Virus record (IMG/VR): IMGVR_UViG_3300028800_000001
Span: 62,001-126,000 of that record
Length of the DNA stretch: 64,000 bases
Strand: one strand, 5' to 3'
The notes beneath the pieces are model-generated. The model worked only from the letters and a program-made list of their open reading frames with translations, was not told where the DNA came from and ran no database searches. Shown here piece after piece: positions 55,672 through 63,732 of the stretch; the stretch's first letter is position 1, and every line of letters begins with the position of its first letter. A program made the translations under genes and the position numbers.

Positions 55672-55971
55672 TTAATACCTCCAGGTATCGCTATTGTAGC
55701 ACGCCGCATGCAGAGGAAGGTGGTTGAGAAGTTCGCAGTGCCCGTTGTCCAGGTCGTGCGCTGAAGGGCAATTGGAAAAATCGCCATCACGGTGTTTTTG
55801 TTCGTCGGTGACTTTGGAAAGATCGGCAAAAATGTGATCTGGATGTAGATCTGCTGGACACGTCCAGACCGGCCCATCACCATCTTGCTCGCTCTCGTAG
55901 ACCAGTTGACCACAAGCAGGACAAATCCCAAGCGGCTCTTCTATGAGAATACCCTCTTCGTTTCGTTGCAT
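55672..55971 (-). CDS. Cys/His-rich hypothetical protein
   Basis: CPACG, WTCP, LPLHAAC; AAAGGA SD. Confidence 0.7.
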   Translation of the reverse strand: MQRNEEGILIEEPLGICPACGQLVYESEQDGDGPVWTCPADLHPDHIFADLSKVTDEQKHRDGDFSNCPSAHDLDNGHCELLNHLPLHAACYNSDTWRY

Positions 55972-55987
55972 AGTTCGTTCCTTTCAT

Positions 55988-56017
55988 AAAAATGCGGTAG
56001 GTTTTTGCCCCTACCGC
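55988..56017 (-). terminator. intrinsic terminator
   Basis: GCGGTAGG/CCTACCGC then ATTTTT. Confidence 0.65.
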
Positions 56018-56035
56018 TTGTTTGTTTTTTGGTTT

Positions 56036-56212
56036 CTAGCGCACACACTTCTTCACGATAAAACGAAAGCTATAAAAAAGAAGAGGTGCGACGACCAAAA
56101 TAATTGGGATAATCACAGTGCTGTCCAGATGTGTTCGCGTTGCCAGAAGAATAATAACAGGCGTCATGGCGAGAAAGGTGCTTCCGCCAGCGACATTGTT
56201 CAGATCAATCAT
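56036..56212 (-). CDS. small membrane protein
   Basis: TTCAAGGAG leader, first gene after P15. Confidence 0.7.
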   Translation of the reverse strand: MIDLNNVAGGSTFLAMTPVIILLATRTHLDSTVIIPIILVVAPLLFYSFRFIVKKCVR

Positions 56213-56249
56213 TTTCTTGCTCCTTGAATATTTTTCTTTCAATACAGCA

Positions 56250-56303
56250 AGTATAGAGCACATCTGCGTAAAAGACAAGTGTTTTTTCTATGTATTTTCA
56301 GAA
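56250..56303 (-). promoter_or_regulatory. promoter module P15
   Basis: TTCTGAAAATAC...TTGTCT-N17-TATACT. Confidence 0.8.
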
Positions 56304-56494
56304 CGCCTGAGTAAAGCCGTAATAGCGCGGCGTGAATAGCCTTGCTTGAGTAGAAACCGCTTGAGTGCCCGTGGACGTTGCATCAGTTGCTCTATTGCAC
56401 AGAAGAGACAAATGCCATGCGACGTGGCTGGATCAAAAAAGGGGGTTGTTGAAACAATGGGCGTCACTTCGTCGTGCCATGCACACGTAGTCAT
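56288..56494 (-). CDS. small zinc-finger-like protein
   Basis: CAWH...SHGICLFC; stop inside P15. Confidence 0.7.
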   Translation of the reverse strand: MTTCAWHDEVTPIVSTTPFFDPATSHGICLFCAIEQLMQRPRALKRFLLKQGYSRRAITALLRRSENT

Positions 56495-56506
56495 AAAGAA
56501 ACCTCC

Positions 56507-56541
56507 AAAAAGAAAACAACCCCAAAGTCGAGGTTGTTTTC
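56507..56541 (-). terminator. intrinsic terminator
   Basis: GAAAACAACC/GGTTGTTTTC then TTTTT. Confidence 0.7.
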
Positions 56542-56564
56542 ACGCGCAGGCACAGTTCTATGCG

Positions 56565-56765
56565 TCAGGGGCGTCTCTTTGCTCGTTCTCGTTCAAGACT
56601 AACAAGGTTATTCTCCGTTTTCGCAAGCTCGATGCGCTTACGCGCTGAGCGAACCATACCTGCAAAGTAACTCATTCCTAGTTCTTCATAATACTTTTCG
56701 AGCGCAAGTGCCTGCGCAATCTTTTGGTCTCTTTGTGCATTTGTTATTCTTTGTGCATTTGGCAT
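56565..56765 (-). CDS. hypothetical protein
   Basis: ORF tiling. Confidence 0.65.
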   Translation of the reverse strand: MPNAQRITNAQRDQKIAQALALEKYYEELGMSYFAGMVRSARKRIELAKTENNLVSLERERAKRRP

Positions 56766-56767
56766 TG

Positions 56768-57208
56768 TTACAGTTTCTCCTCATTGTCTACTCGCACACA
56801 ATTGACACCAGCCGCTTCAAGATATGCCTGCTGCGTTGGAAAGCCAAGTAAAGATATGCGAATATCATTATACGCTTTTTCGTAGTATACCATACTTATT
56901 CCAAAATTAATAAGGTGCTGGCAACAATGGACGCAAGGTGCGTGCGTACAATACAAAAAAGCGTCTCCCGTGTGCGGCCCCGCGAAAAGCAATGCGTTTG
57001 TTTCCGCATGCACACAGCGAATACAATGCCCATCATGCACCAGACAATTGTCCTGGGTGCAATGCGCCAGATGACGTGGCGCACCATTAAAACCGGTTGA
57101 AAGAATACGATCCTGTGCCACCAGGAGTGCGCCCACCTGCGCACGCTGACAGGTGGAACGCTGCGCAACACTGCGCGCCAAAGAAAGGTAATACGCGTGC
57201 CTATTCAT
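56768..57208 (-). CDS. dCMP deaminase (ComEB-like)
   Basis: RSTC.RAQVGA, TGFNGAP, HAETNA, APCVHC. Confidence 0.92.
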   Translation of the reverse strand: MNRHAYYLSLARSVAQRSTCQRAQVGALLVAQDRILSTGFNGAPRHLAHCTQDNCLVHDGHCIRCVHAETNALLFAGPHTGDAFLYCTHAPCVHCCQHLINFGISMVYYEKAYNDIRISLLGFPTQQAYLEAAGVNCVRVDNEEKL

Positions 57209-57783
57209 GCCGCTACCTCTTCGCATTCTTGATAAAGCAGATATTTACTTTGTGTGCGCTTGAGCATATTGAACACGGTCACCTGGGAGTACTTCTTCTC
57301 AAAACGTTTCGAAAGCGCTTTGGCGCACTCCGCTTGCGTACAATCAGGATGCTTCATACGGTAGACAATGAGGAAGTACTCATCGCGTTTCACCGTCGTC
57401 AAAAAGTGTTTGAACGTCTCCATAAATTCGATAGTTTCAAACGCGTCTTCTTCGTCTTGAAGCCACTCCTGGGCTCCTCCAAATTCTTCGCCTTCGACAA
57501 AGTCTACGCCACTTTCTTGCCCCTCTTGCAAAAGCGTTAAGCTCTCAATGCGTGACTGCTGATACTCTTCACCAATATAGGTGTTCATACGATTTTGAAT
57601 AGCGCGTATCGCATACGCAGCGAAGCCATTGCCCCGCTCTGGTTTATAGGTTCTCTCTGCCTCTACCAACGTAAGCGCGGCAACGGCCTCCAGATCTTGA
57701 TAATCATAGAGGCCGTTATATTTTTCTACATAGCGCTGGGCATGTTTACGAGCAAGAGGAAGATATTGTTCCGATAGTCTCAT
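57205..57783 (-). CDS. phage sigma70-family RNA polymerase sigma factor
   Basis: Region 2 YQDLEAVAALTLVEAERTYKPERGNGFAAYAIRAIQN; region 4-like TQAECAKAL..SQVTV. Confidence 0.8.
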   Translation of the reverse strand: MRLSEQYLPLARKHAQRYVEKYNGLYDYQDLEAVAALTLVEAERTYKPERGNGFAAYAIRAIQNRMNTYIGEEYQQSRIESLTLLQEGQESGVDFVEGEEFGGAQEWLQDEEDAFETIEFMETFKHFLTTVKRDEYFLIVYRMKHPDCTQAECAKALSKRFEKKYSQVTVFNMLKRTQSKYLLYQECEEVAA

Positions 57784-57843
57784 TCTATTCTCCAGAAAAA
57801 AAGTAATGGGCGTTTTTTCAAGGAACACCCGAAACCTGATGAG

Positions 57844-58416
57844 TTATTTTTTCTTATAAAGAGCATTTACCGTGTCGCGCATGCGGTCTGCACGAGAACG
57901 ATTACGTGACTCAATCTCAAGCGCGGCCTCCACCACATTCAACTGTACCAAGCTTTGCATTTGTAATTTTGGTGCATTTGGTTCATCGATACTGGCCCCA
58001 CTTGGCGTCATAATCTGATACTTGCACGCTTCGTAGAGATTGGCAATAATAATTTGCCCAAAGGTTCGATAGAGCTCGTCAACAAGAGCATCCTTGAGTT
58101 GCGGCATTGCCGTGAGTAGTGTTGAAGTTCCTACCAACATACTTTTGAGCATGTCTCCCTTTGCCTGGGAAAGCGCAACATACCATTGCCAACGCGCCTC
58201 GCTGGAGCTTAGGAACACCACGCGCATCATTTGCGTCACTTCGTGGTTATAGTGGATGCCCTGCATATGCATCACGCTAATCTCCTGGGCACGAGTGCTA
58301 AAGTTATTCATCACAGTACAATAAACATCATCATCTTCGTCAACGTGGCGATAGCAGGTGATGCCGCCAAGCACCACCGGCTCCACCATCAACTTATGTG
58401 GACAGGGAAATTGCAT
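57844..58416 (-). CDS. hypothetical protein, paralog of 39342-39806
   Basis: LKDALVDELYRTFGQIIIANLYEACKY...PKLQMQSL. Confidence 0.8.
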   Translation of the reverse strand: MQFPCPHKLMVEPVVLGGITCYRHVDEDDDVYCTVMNNFSTRAQEISVMHMQGIHYNHEVTQMMRVVFLSSSEARWQWYVALSQAKGDMLKSMLVGTSTLLTAMPQLKDALVDELYRTFGQIIIANLYEACKYQIMTPSGASIDEPNAPKLQMQSLVQLNVVEAALEIESRNRSRADRMRDTVNALYKKK

Positions 58417-58430
58417 CGTTGTTCTCCTTA

Positions 58431-59969
58431 TTAATAGCGCTCACGCAATCGCACTACTGTCTGATAGAGCACCTCTGTGATCTCCTCAATCTTGCAGTAA
58501 TACGCCCTACGACCAAGAATTTCCCGATTCCCTGAGAGATCATGTTCATAACCCGTCAAGTAAATGACCAGGACTTCATCAATATTTTGCTCCTCAATGA
58601 GTCGGTCGGCAAGCACTTTCGCCTTGTTACGATCCGCAAAGCCACCATCAGTGAGGATACACAATATCTTTTGCGCATGTCCAAAGTCAGCGGTTTCCAG
58701 TATTTCCATTGCTTTTGCGATTTGTGTGCCACCGTCCGTATACGGATAGAGCAAACTTTCCATCAACAGTTCATCTGGTAGTTTTACCACCTTTGCGCTG
58801 TCAGCAAAGTCAATTTGAGCGCTGCGCACCAGAGGAATATCCGTGAGCGCTGCATGAAGCATCACGCACGCCTCTGCGTATTCGTTCATATCATCACACG
58901 TGGAGTCAGAAACGTCGCGCACAATCCACATGGTGAGCGCTGGAACAATGCGTCGTGGCTCTGTGAAACTGGGCTCCTCATCATCACTAAAGGAACCAGC
59001 ATACGCTTCGACAAGATCGGCAATCTCACCGCAATCATCACGCGTGCGCGCCTCATCCCATCCTTCGCGTGTCTGGCGGAAAATGGTATGTAGTTCTTGA
59101 ATTTCTTGAGCGCGCTTCGTAATTGTTTGGCGACAAAAGGCGTTGGTCTTGTCTTCTAGCGTCAGATCATGATCGCTTTGTCCAATTTCCTTTGCTTTTT
59201 CTTTGCTTTCCGCTGTGTCGTTAACTTGCTCAACGAGCTCACGAATACCACTGTCAGCAACGCTCTGACCTTCGAGCACCTGCTCAATTTCTTCGTCTCC
59301 AATGCCGACCTTGACGACTTTTCCACTCCTCAAGCTCTTTTGGAGCTCTGCATCGCTATCGCATGCTTCCAAAATCCACAGATAAATCGGGGTGCAAGAT
59401 TCTAACAGGTTTTGTCGTTCATTCACAATTGCACTAAGCGTATAAGGAAGGAAGAACGAAACAAAATTCATGTCGTCTACTTTTTCGTCAATGACACCAA
59501 AGCGTGTCACACGAAAAAGCGTTTGTAAGAGCGCAATGACCTTGCTCTTCGTTTTTTCATCGCTTGATTTAATGCCTTCAAGCGTTGGTTTAATAGAGGC
59601 TAGTGTCCAGCGTAGCGGCCCCGCGTGCGCAGGATAATCATACCAGAGGCTATTTTCGATCCTGCTGTCGTCAATAACATTGTCAATGTAGTGAAAGAGC
59701 CCATCGTCAAAGCTCTTTACACCAGAGAAACTTTCCGAGCGGATGTGGCAGACTTCATGGGTGAGAAACCCCAGGCTGTAGTACTCCAGAGAAACAAAAT
59801 CATGTACCCACGACTCTTCATAGTGCTTTTTAATTTGCGCATCATTGAGTGTAATAAGATAGTCCTGCCCTTTGGGCTGTACCCAGGCAATATCTTTATT
59901 GTCAGGTCGCCAGATGTGCTTTATTTCGACGCTATGCTCCGGTATCAATTGTAATGGCTGAAAAGGCAT
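58431..59969 (-). CDS. VWA-domain protein with N-terminal HExxH (CobT-like)
   Basis: THEVCH, NVIDDSRIE, MIDAS DVSDS, GGT, LTDG. Confidence 0.85.
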   Translation of the reverse strand: MPFQPLQLIPEHSVEIKHIWRPDNKDIAWVQPKGQDYLITLNDAQIKKHYEESWVHDFVSLEYYSLGFLTHEVCHIRSESFSGVKSFDDGLFHYIDNVIDDSRIENSLWYDYPAHAGPLRWTLASIKPTLEGIKSSDEKTKSKVIALLQTLFRVTRFGVIDEKVDDMNFVSFFLPYTLSAIVNERQNLLESCTPIYLWILEACDSDAELQKSLRSGKVVKVGIGDEEIEQVLEGQSVADSGIRELVEQVNDTAESKEKAKEIGQSDHDLTLEDKTNAFCRQTITKRAQEIQELHTIFRQTREGWDEARTRDDCGEIADLVEAYAGSFSDDEEPSFTEPRRIVPALTMWIVRDVSDSTCDDMNEYAEACVMLHAALTDIPLVRSAQIDFADSAKVVKLPDELLMESLLYPYTDGGTQIAKAMEILETADFGHAQKILCILTDGGFADRNKAKVLADRLIEEQNIDEVLVIYLTGYEHDLSGNREILGRRAYYCKIEEITEVLYQTVVRLRERY

Positions 59970-60009
59970 AAGAATACACCTCCTTTTTGAGATGATTTTA
60001 AATGTAAGA

Positions 60010-60061
60010 GAGACAAACGCGTAAGGAGTGCAACGATGAGTATTTGGTACGCGTTTGTCTC
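60010..60061 (-). ncRNA. candidate stem-loop sRNA/leader with anti-RBS/anti-AUG loop
   Basis: 14-bp perfect stem starting at P16 predicted +1; 24-nt loop complementary to AGGAGTGCAACGATGAGTATTTGG. Confidence 0.45.
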
Positions 60062-60065
60062 CTTC

Positions 60066-60117
60066 AGTATACCTGCTTTCGCAAGAAATGTCAATAAATT
60101 TCTAAGTATTTTCAGAA
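60066..60117 (-). promoter_or_regulatory. promoter module P16
   Basis: TTCTGAAAATAC...TTGACA-N17-TATACT (upstream box 2 bp closer). Confidence 0.8.
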
Positions 60118-60118
60118 C

Positions 60119-61237
60119 TTACCAGAGTTTGCCTGCCAATTCATCTTTTACCGTTCGTCCGTGGACGCCTTGTCCGTCAATCGGCATGCCATGCCCTACA
60201 CTTGCCAAAATTTCGTTACGCACCTTTTGGCCGCCAATATAGCTGACGTATTTCTTCATCTCAATAACGCGTGGATCAGCCAGTTCATTACGAGACACGG
60301 CAGGGTTGTCACCATACATATAATCGTAGAGCCGTTTTGTAAGCGGAGCGACAGCCACCCCTGGCCCTTCGAATACATCATCCATCTTAATTGTTTTGGG
60401 ATCAAACGGAGTACGCTTATTCTTAAAGACGTAAGCGACCTGGGCACGTACAAGTGCCTGACTCATGTTACGAATGGAAAGCGGGTAACTCTCGGTACGT
60501 GCGGCGCGTACATAGCCGGTGACCAGACGTGCAAAACTTTCAGGAACGCTGAAGGGTTTGGGATTCCATACCTTCGGTGGATCGAGTGCCGCCCATTCTT
60601 CGCTCTTGAAGATTTGGCCGCGCTCGTACTTGTCAGAGGCCATCTGGATTGCAACAGCAAGCTCTGTCTCATAAAGCGGATAATCAAAGTTGTACGGATA
60701 GAAACGCTGGCCTGTGCTTTGTGGGATTTTGATATTGCCGACATGCTTGTCGTCATTACTACAAAACATGATGCGGAAGTACTTATTCGCTTCAACGAAC
60801 ATGTCACCGGTCGCTGTCACACTGTCCTCATCCAATACGGTGTTGTACATCGTAATGCCGGAAGCATCTCGTGCATGCGTAAGCTCGTCAATGATGACAG
60901 CCGCGCCTTCGCTCATCGCCGTCGCGACGATACCGAGCACATCTTGCGTGCTGCCAGCAATCAGACGGGTACCAGCAATCGCTTTCGTTTTGGTAACCTC
61001 TGGACTATTTTGAAAGTAGTAAAGATTGCAGCCTACGCGCTCACAATATTTCGCCATAACGAGCTTGGCGAAGTGTGTTTTGCCGGAGCCAGAGGGGCCA
61101 ATAAGATAGGGCACAAAGCCCATATAAATGAGCTCCAATATTTCTTCAGCCCGTTCTAAAAGGTCAACGCCGGTAATGCCCCGCTCCTTAATTTTTACTA
61201 AATCAAGCGGGGTGAACTTCTCTGCGGTAATAACCAT
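60119..61237 (-). CDS. MoxR/CobS-family AAA+ ATPase
   Basis: Walker A GPSGSGKT, Walker B IIDE, FCSN, RF; adjacent to VWA gene. Confidence 0.88.
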   Translation of the reverse strand: MVITAEKFTPLDLVKIKERGITGVDLLERAEEILELIYMGFVPYLIGPSGSGKTHFAKLVMAKYCERVGCNLYYFQNSPEVTKTKAIAGTRLIAGSTQDVLGIVATAMSEGAAVIIDELTHARDASGITMYNTVLDEDSVTATGDMFVEANKYFRIMFCSNDDKHVGNIKIPQSTGQRFYPYNFDYPLYETELAVAIQMASDKYERGQIFKSEEWAALDPPKVWNPKPFSVPESFARLVTGYVRAARTESYPLSIRNMSQALVRAQVAYVFKNKRTPFDPKTIKMDDVFEGPGVAVAPLTKRLYDYMYGDNPAVSRNELADPRVIEMKKYVSYIGGQKVRNEILASVGHGMPIDGQGVHGRTVKDELAGKLW

Positions 61238-61287
61238 GTAATTTTCTCTTTTCTTATTAAAATTTTTCAGGAACGCTGAACTTTATA

Positions 61288-61342
61288 ATAATAGCGCACA
61301 TCTTTGAAAGAAGTCAAGCATTTTTTCACTGTATTTTCAGAA
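61288..61342 (-). promoter_or_regulatory. promoter module P17
   Basis: TTCTGAAAATAC...TTGACT-N18-TATTAT. Confidence 0.75.
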
Positions 61343-61385
61343 GCTATTGGGGAAAAGAAACTCCCTTCCCCAACGCGACTAGGTG

Positions 61386-61868
61386 TTATGCAAAATCATC
61401 GTCATCATCGTCTTCAGGTTGATGATCCGTTGAGATGGCAAGTGGATACGTCTTGACCAACGCAAAAGCTTCCTGATCCTCTTGTGGATCAACACTGGCC
61501 TCCAGGCGCTTTGCCAAAATTTCTTTGTGCTTCTTCGAAGGACGCCCTGGCTTCGTACGCAACTCATTGGTCTCCTCATCAATCTCCAGTGTCTTGATTT
61601 CAGAGGGTACGCGACCACTTGGAAACGAATCGTGCTCTTCAAGGCTGCGAATGAGCTCCTGCTCAAGTTCAGAGCTCATGGACGCTGGTGTATCGGTATT
61701 ATGACTGAGTGCATACTCCAATTGATCCGCACTCAGAATACCAAGCGCTGCCTCAAGAATCTCTTCTTGCGAAGAGGTGATGAGATTGGGATAGAGCTGT
61801 GCCACGCGTGCGCGTTCAGCGCGGTTCTTTCCAGTTTTTAATTTTAAAACTTCTTTTACTGTCGTCAT
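61386..61868 (-). CDS. hypothetical protein with KPGRP motif and acidic tail
   Basis: RTKPGRPSKK; EDDDDDDFA. Confidence 0.75.
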   Translation of the reverse strand: MTTVKEVLKLKTGKNRAERARVAQLYPNLITSSQEEILEAALGILSADQLEYALSHNTDTPASMSSELEQELIRSLEEHDSFPSGRVPSEIKTLEIDEETNELRTKPGRPSKKHKEILAKRLEASVDPQEDQEAFALVKTYPLAISTDHQPEDDDDDDFA

Positions 61869-61884
61869 TTTCTTTCATTCCTTT

Positions 61885-62187
61885 TTATATTTCCGGTTCG
61901 AGGAGCCCCTCATCCTCAAAGAAGCGAATGAGCTCATCAATCACCTTCCTGACGGCACGCAGTCGTGTTTTGTCTTCAAGTTCTATTGCGCCCTTGAGAA
62001 AGATGTGGATGGGCTTCCCACCCGTTTCCGCCTCCACTTGCTGCGCAATAGCAACTTTTCCGTCATTACGCAGCGATCCTACGAGATAGGTTCCCTTTTT
62101 AATTTCTTCTCTGGCTATTTGTTGAAATTGAACCATACGGCCAGAACGTGCGGTAGAAGAGGAAGAGGTGGCATCATATTGTGTCAT
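61885..62187 (-). CDS. conserved phage hypothetical protein
   Basis: IAQQVE...IFLKGAI. Confidence 0.75.
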   Translation of the reverse strand: MTQYDATSSSSTARSGRMVQFQQIAREEIKKGTYLVGSLRNDGKVAIAQQVEAETGGKPIHIFLKGAIELEDKTRLRAVRKVIDELIRFFEDEGLLEPEI

Positions 62188-62193
62188 TTTGGT

Positions 62194-62550
62194 TTACACT
62201 TTCTTGAGTAATGAGAGTAGGAGATTGCGCTCCAATAATTGCTGAATTCTATCAACTGGCAATTTTAATTTGGTGATTGAAGATTTGAAGGTGAGCACTG
62301 TCACCTTGTCCTTTTTAACCGTCATGCGGTCATATTCCGCAAGTCCGATATTCTCCTGATAACGCACGCCGTCGTCATCTTCGTATCCAACACCTACGGC
62401 AAAGTCACCCTCAATAAAGAGAATAGCTTTCACCGCGTTCCCTAGCTCAAGTTCCGGCGTCTCGAAACGAAAGGTCGTTTCCCCTGTTTTTCCGTTCACG
62501 TCCAATCGAATGAACGTGACTTCCATCTCTAACTTTTCATAATTACTCAT
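62194..62550 (-). CDS. hypothetical protein
   Basis: ORF tiling. Confidence 0.75.
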   Translation of the reverse strand: MSNYEKLEMEVTFIRLDVNGKTGETTFRFETPELELGNAVKAILFIEGDFAVGVGYEDDDGVRYQENIGLAEYDRMTVKKDKVTVLTFKSSITKLKLPVDRIQQLLERNLLLSLLKKV

Positions 62551-62869
62551 TTAATTCTTCCTCGTTGGCATACATTTCTGCAAGCGCTGGCAGATGCTCA
62601 GGCCGTACACACACAAGCTGTACTCCACATATATCGATTAGAAAGGCTGGATGCTTGTGTAAAATTTTAGCGTTATGGCAAAGCATTAATATGTCGTCTA
62701 ACTTCATACTGATACTTTTGTTTTGGGTGGACTTGAGCTGATAGAGAAAACGCTCGTCCTCTCCATCCTCCGGTTCCACCCACGTATTGCCTGAACCGCG
62801 TGTCGGTTTGACGCCTAACGCGTTCAGGACTTGCTTTTCGTATTTAAACTCATTTCTCTTCGATGCCAT
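62543..62869 (-). CDS. Holliday junction resolvase-like PD-(D/E)xK nuclease
   Basis: YEKQV, GSG, ED, QLKST. Confidence 0.7.
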   Translation of the reverse strand: MASKRNEFKYEKQVLNALGVKPTRGSGNTWVEPEDGEDERFLYQLKSTQNKSISMKLDDILMLCHNAKILHKHPAFLIDICGVQLVCVRPEHLPALAEMYANEEELNE

Positions 62870-62977
62870 CTTTTTCCTCTTCTAAAAAGCGATCTCACTT
62901 ACTATATTGCCCAAACGAAGAGGGAATATAATATTTTTCAAACGAATTTTCTAAAAAAGAAAAAAGAAATTAATTAA

Positions 62978-63652
62978 TTACGCCGCAAGCATCTCGCCAG
63001 GAGAAAAGGTGGTTTTTCGTACCGTTCCTAGAAACGTCCAACTCTGCGCCTGTACCCCATAGAGTGCCAAGTAAGGAATGCCGAGCGCGTCCTGGTAAAA
63101 CACTAAAAGACGTGCCTCACCGGACGTTTGCGCAAGAATAGTGAGCCCATCGACACGATCAGGGACACAGGCAGGCAGACGCGCAGGAATGATTGTTACC
63201 TTCTCTTTGTCACCAGCAGCAACGACAGAAGTACCATGAGACGCAAGACAATGTTCACCATCCGTTATTACTACAGAGACGTTGAGTGCCACGCCAACGC
63301 CAGTATTACGCAAAGTAAGCGGTTGATGCGTCCATTCAGTGAGTTTGAGATGACCGTAAGGGGTTACGAGCGGAGTCGCAGTAAGCATACCAACAGATTC
63401 GATGTGACTGACGCCAGAGGAAAAGAGATCAGTCATTTGATCGAGCGTTTCGTTGATGAACTTTTTGCCATACACGTGTGTATATACCATAAGCCCTACA
63501 GAGAAGAGAAATAAGCAGCAGACGAAATACACCAGGAAACTAATGCTCCCAGCCATGTTAAGAACTGAAAGCGTGACGAGTAGAGACAGGAAAAAGGCAG
63601 CGAAGAAGCAAACGAACGTAATAAGTAACCGATCATTATTTGGTGCTTCCAT
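62978..63652 (-). CDS. membrane protein
   Basis: Two N-terminal TMs; NTGVGVALNV. Confidence 0.75.
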   Translation of the reverse strand: MEAPNNDRLLITFVCFFAAFFLSLLVTLSVLNMAGSISFLVYFVCCLFLFSVGLMVYTHVYGKKFINETLDQMTDLFSSGVSHIESVGMLTATPLVTPYGHLKLTEWTHQPLTLRNTGVGVALNVSVVITDGEHCLASHGTSVVAAGDKEKVTIIPARLPACVPDRVDGLTILAQTSGEARLLVFYQDALGIPYLALYGVQAQSWTFLGTVRKTTFSPGEMLAA

Positions 63653-63732
63653 TGATATTCTCCAGATGAAATTTACATACGATCACCTTTTACTTTCTTT
63701 TTAAAGACATGTACATTTAAGTGGAAAAGAAA

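Noticed and set aside
60161-61159. 332-aa plus-strand ORF and many other + strand ORFs
   Set aside because: Antisense shadows of well-supported minus-strand genes, without motifs
7865-61342. Promoter repeats as a CRISPR array or classical integron attC sites
   Set aside because: Spacing is 0.8-6 kb and irregular, no cas or intI in window, no RYYYAAC/GTTRRRY cores
15221-62937. AATATTATATTC at 15221-15232 and 62924-62935 as a phage-sigma promoter
   Set aside because: Only two AT-rich copies, one explained by hairpin structure; insufficient evidence
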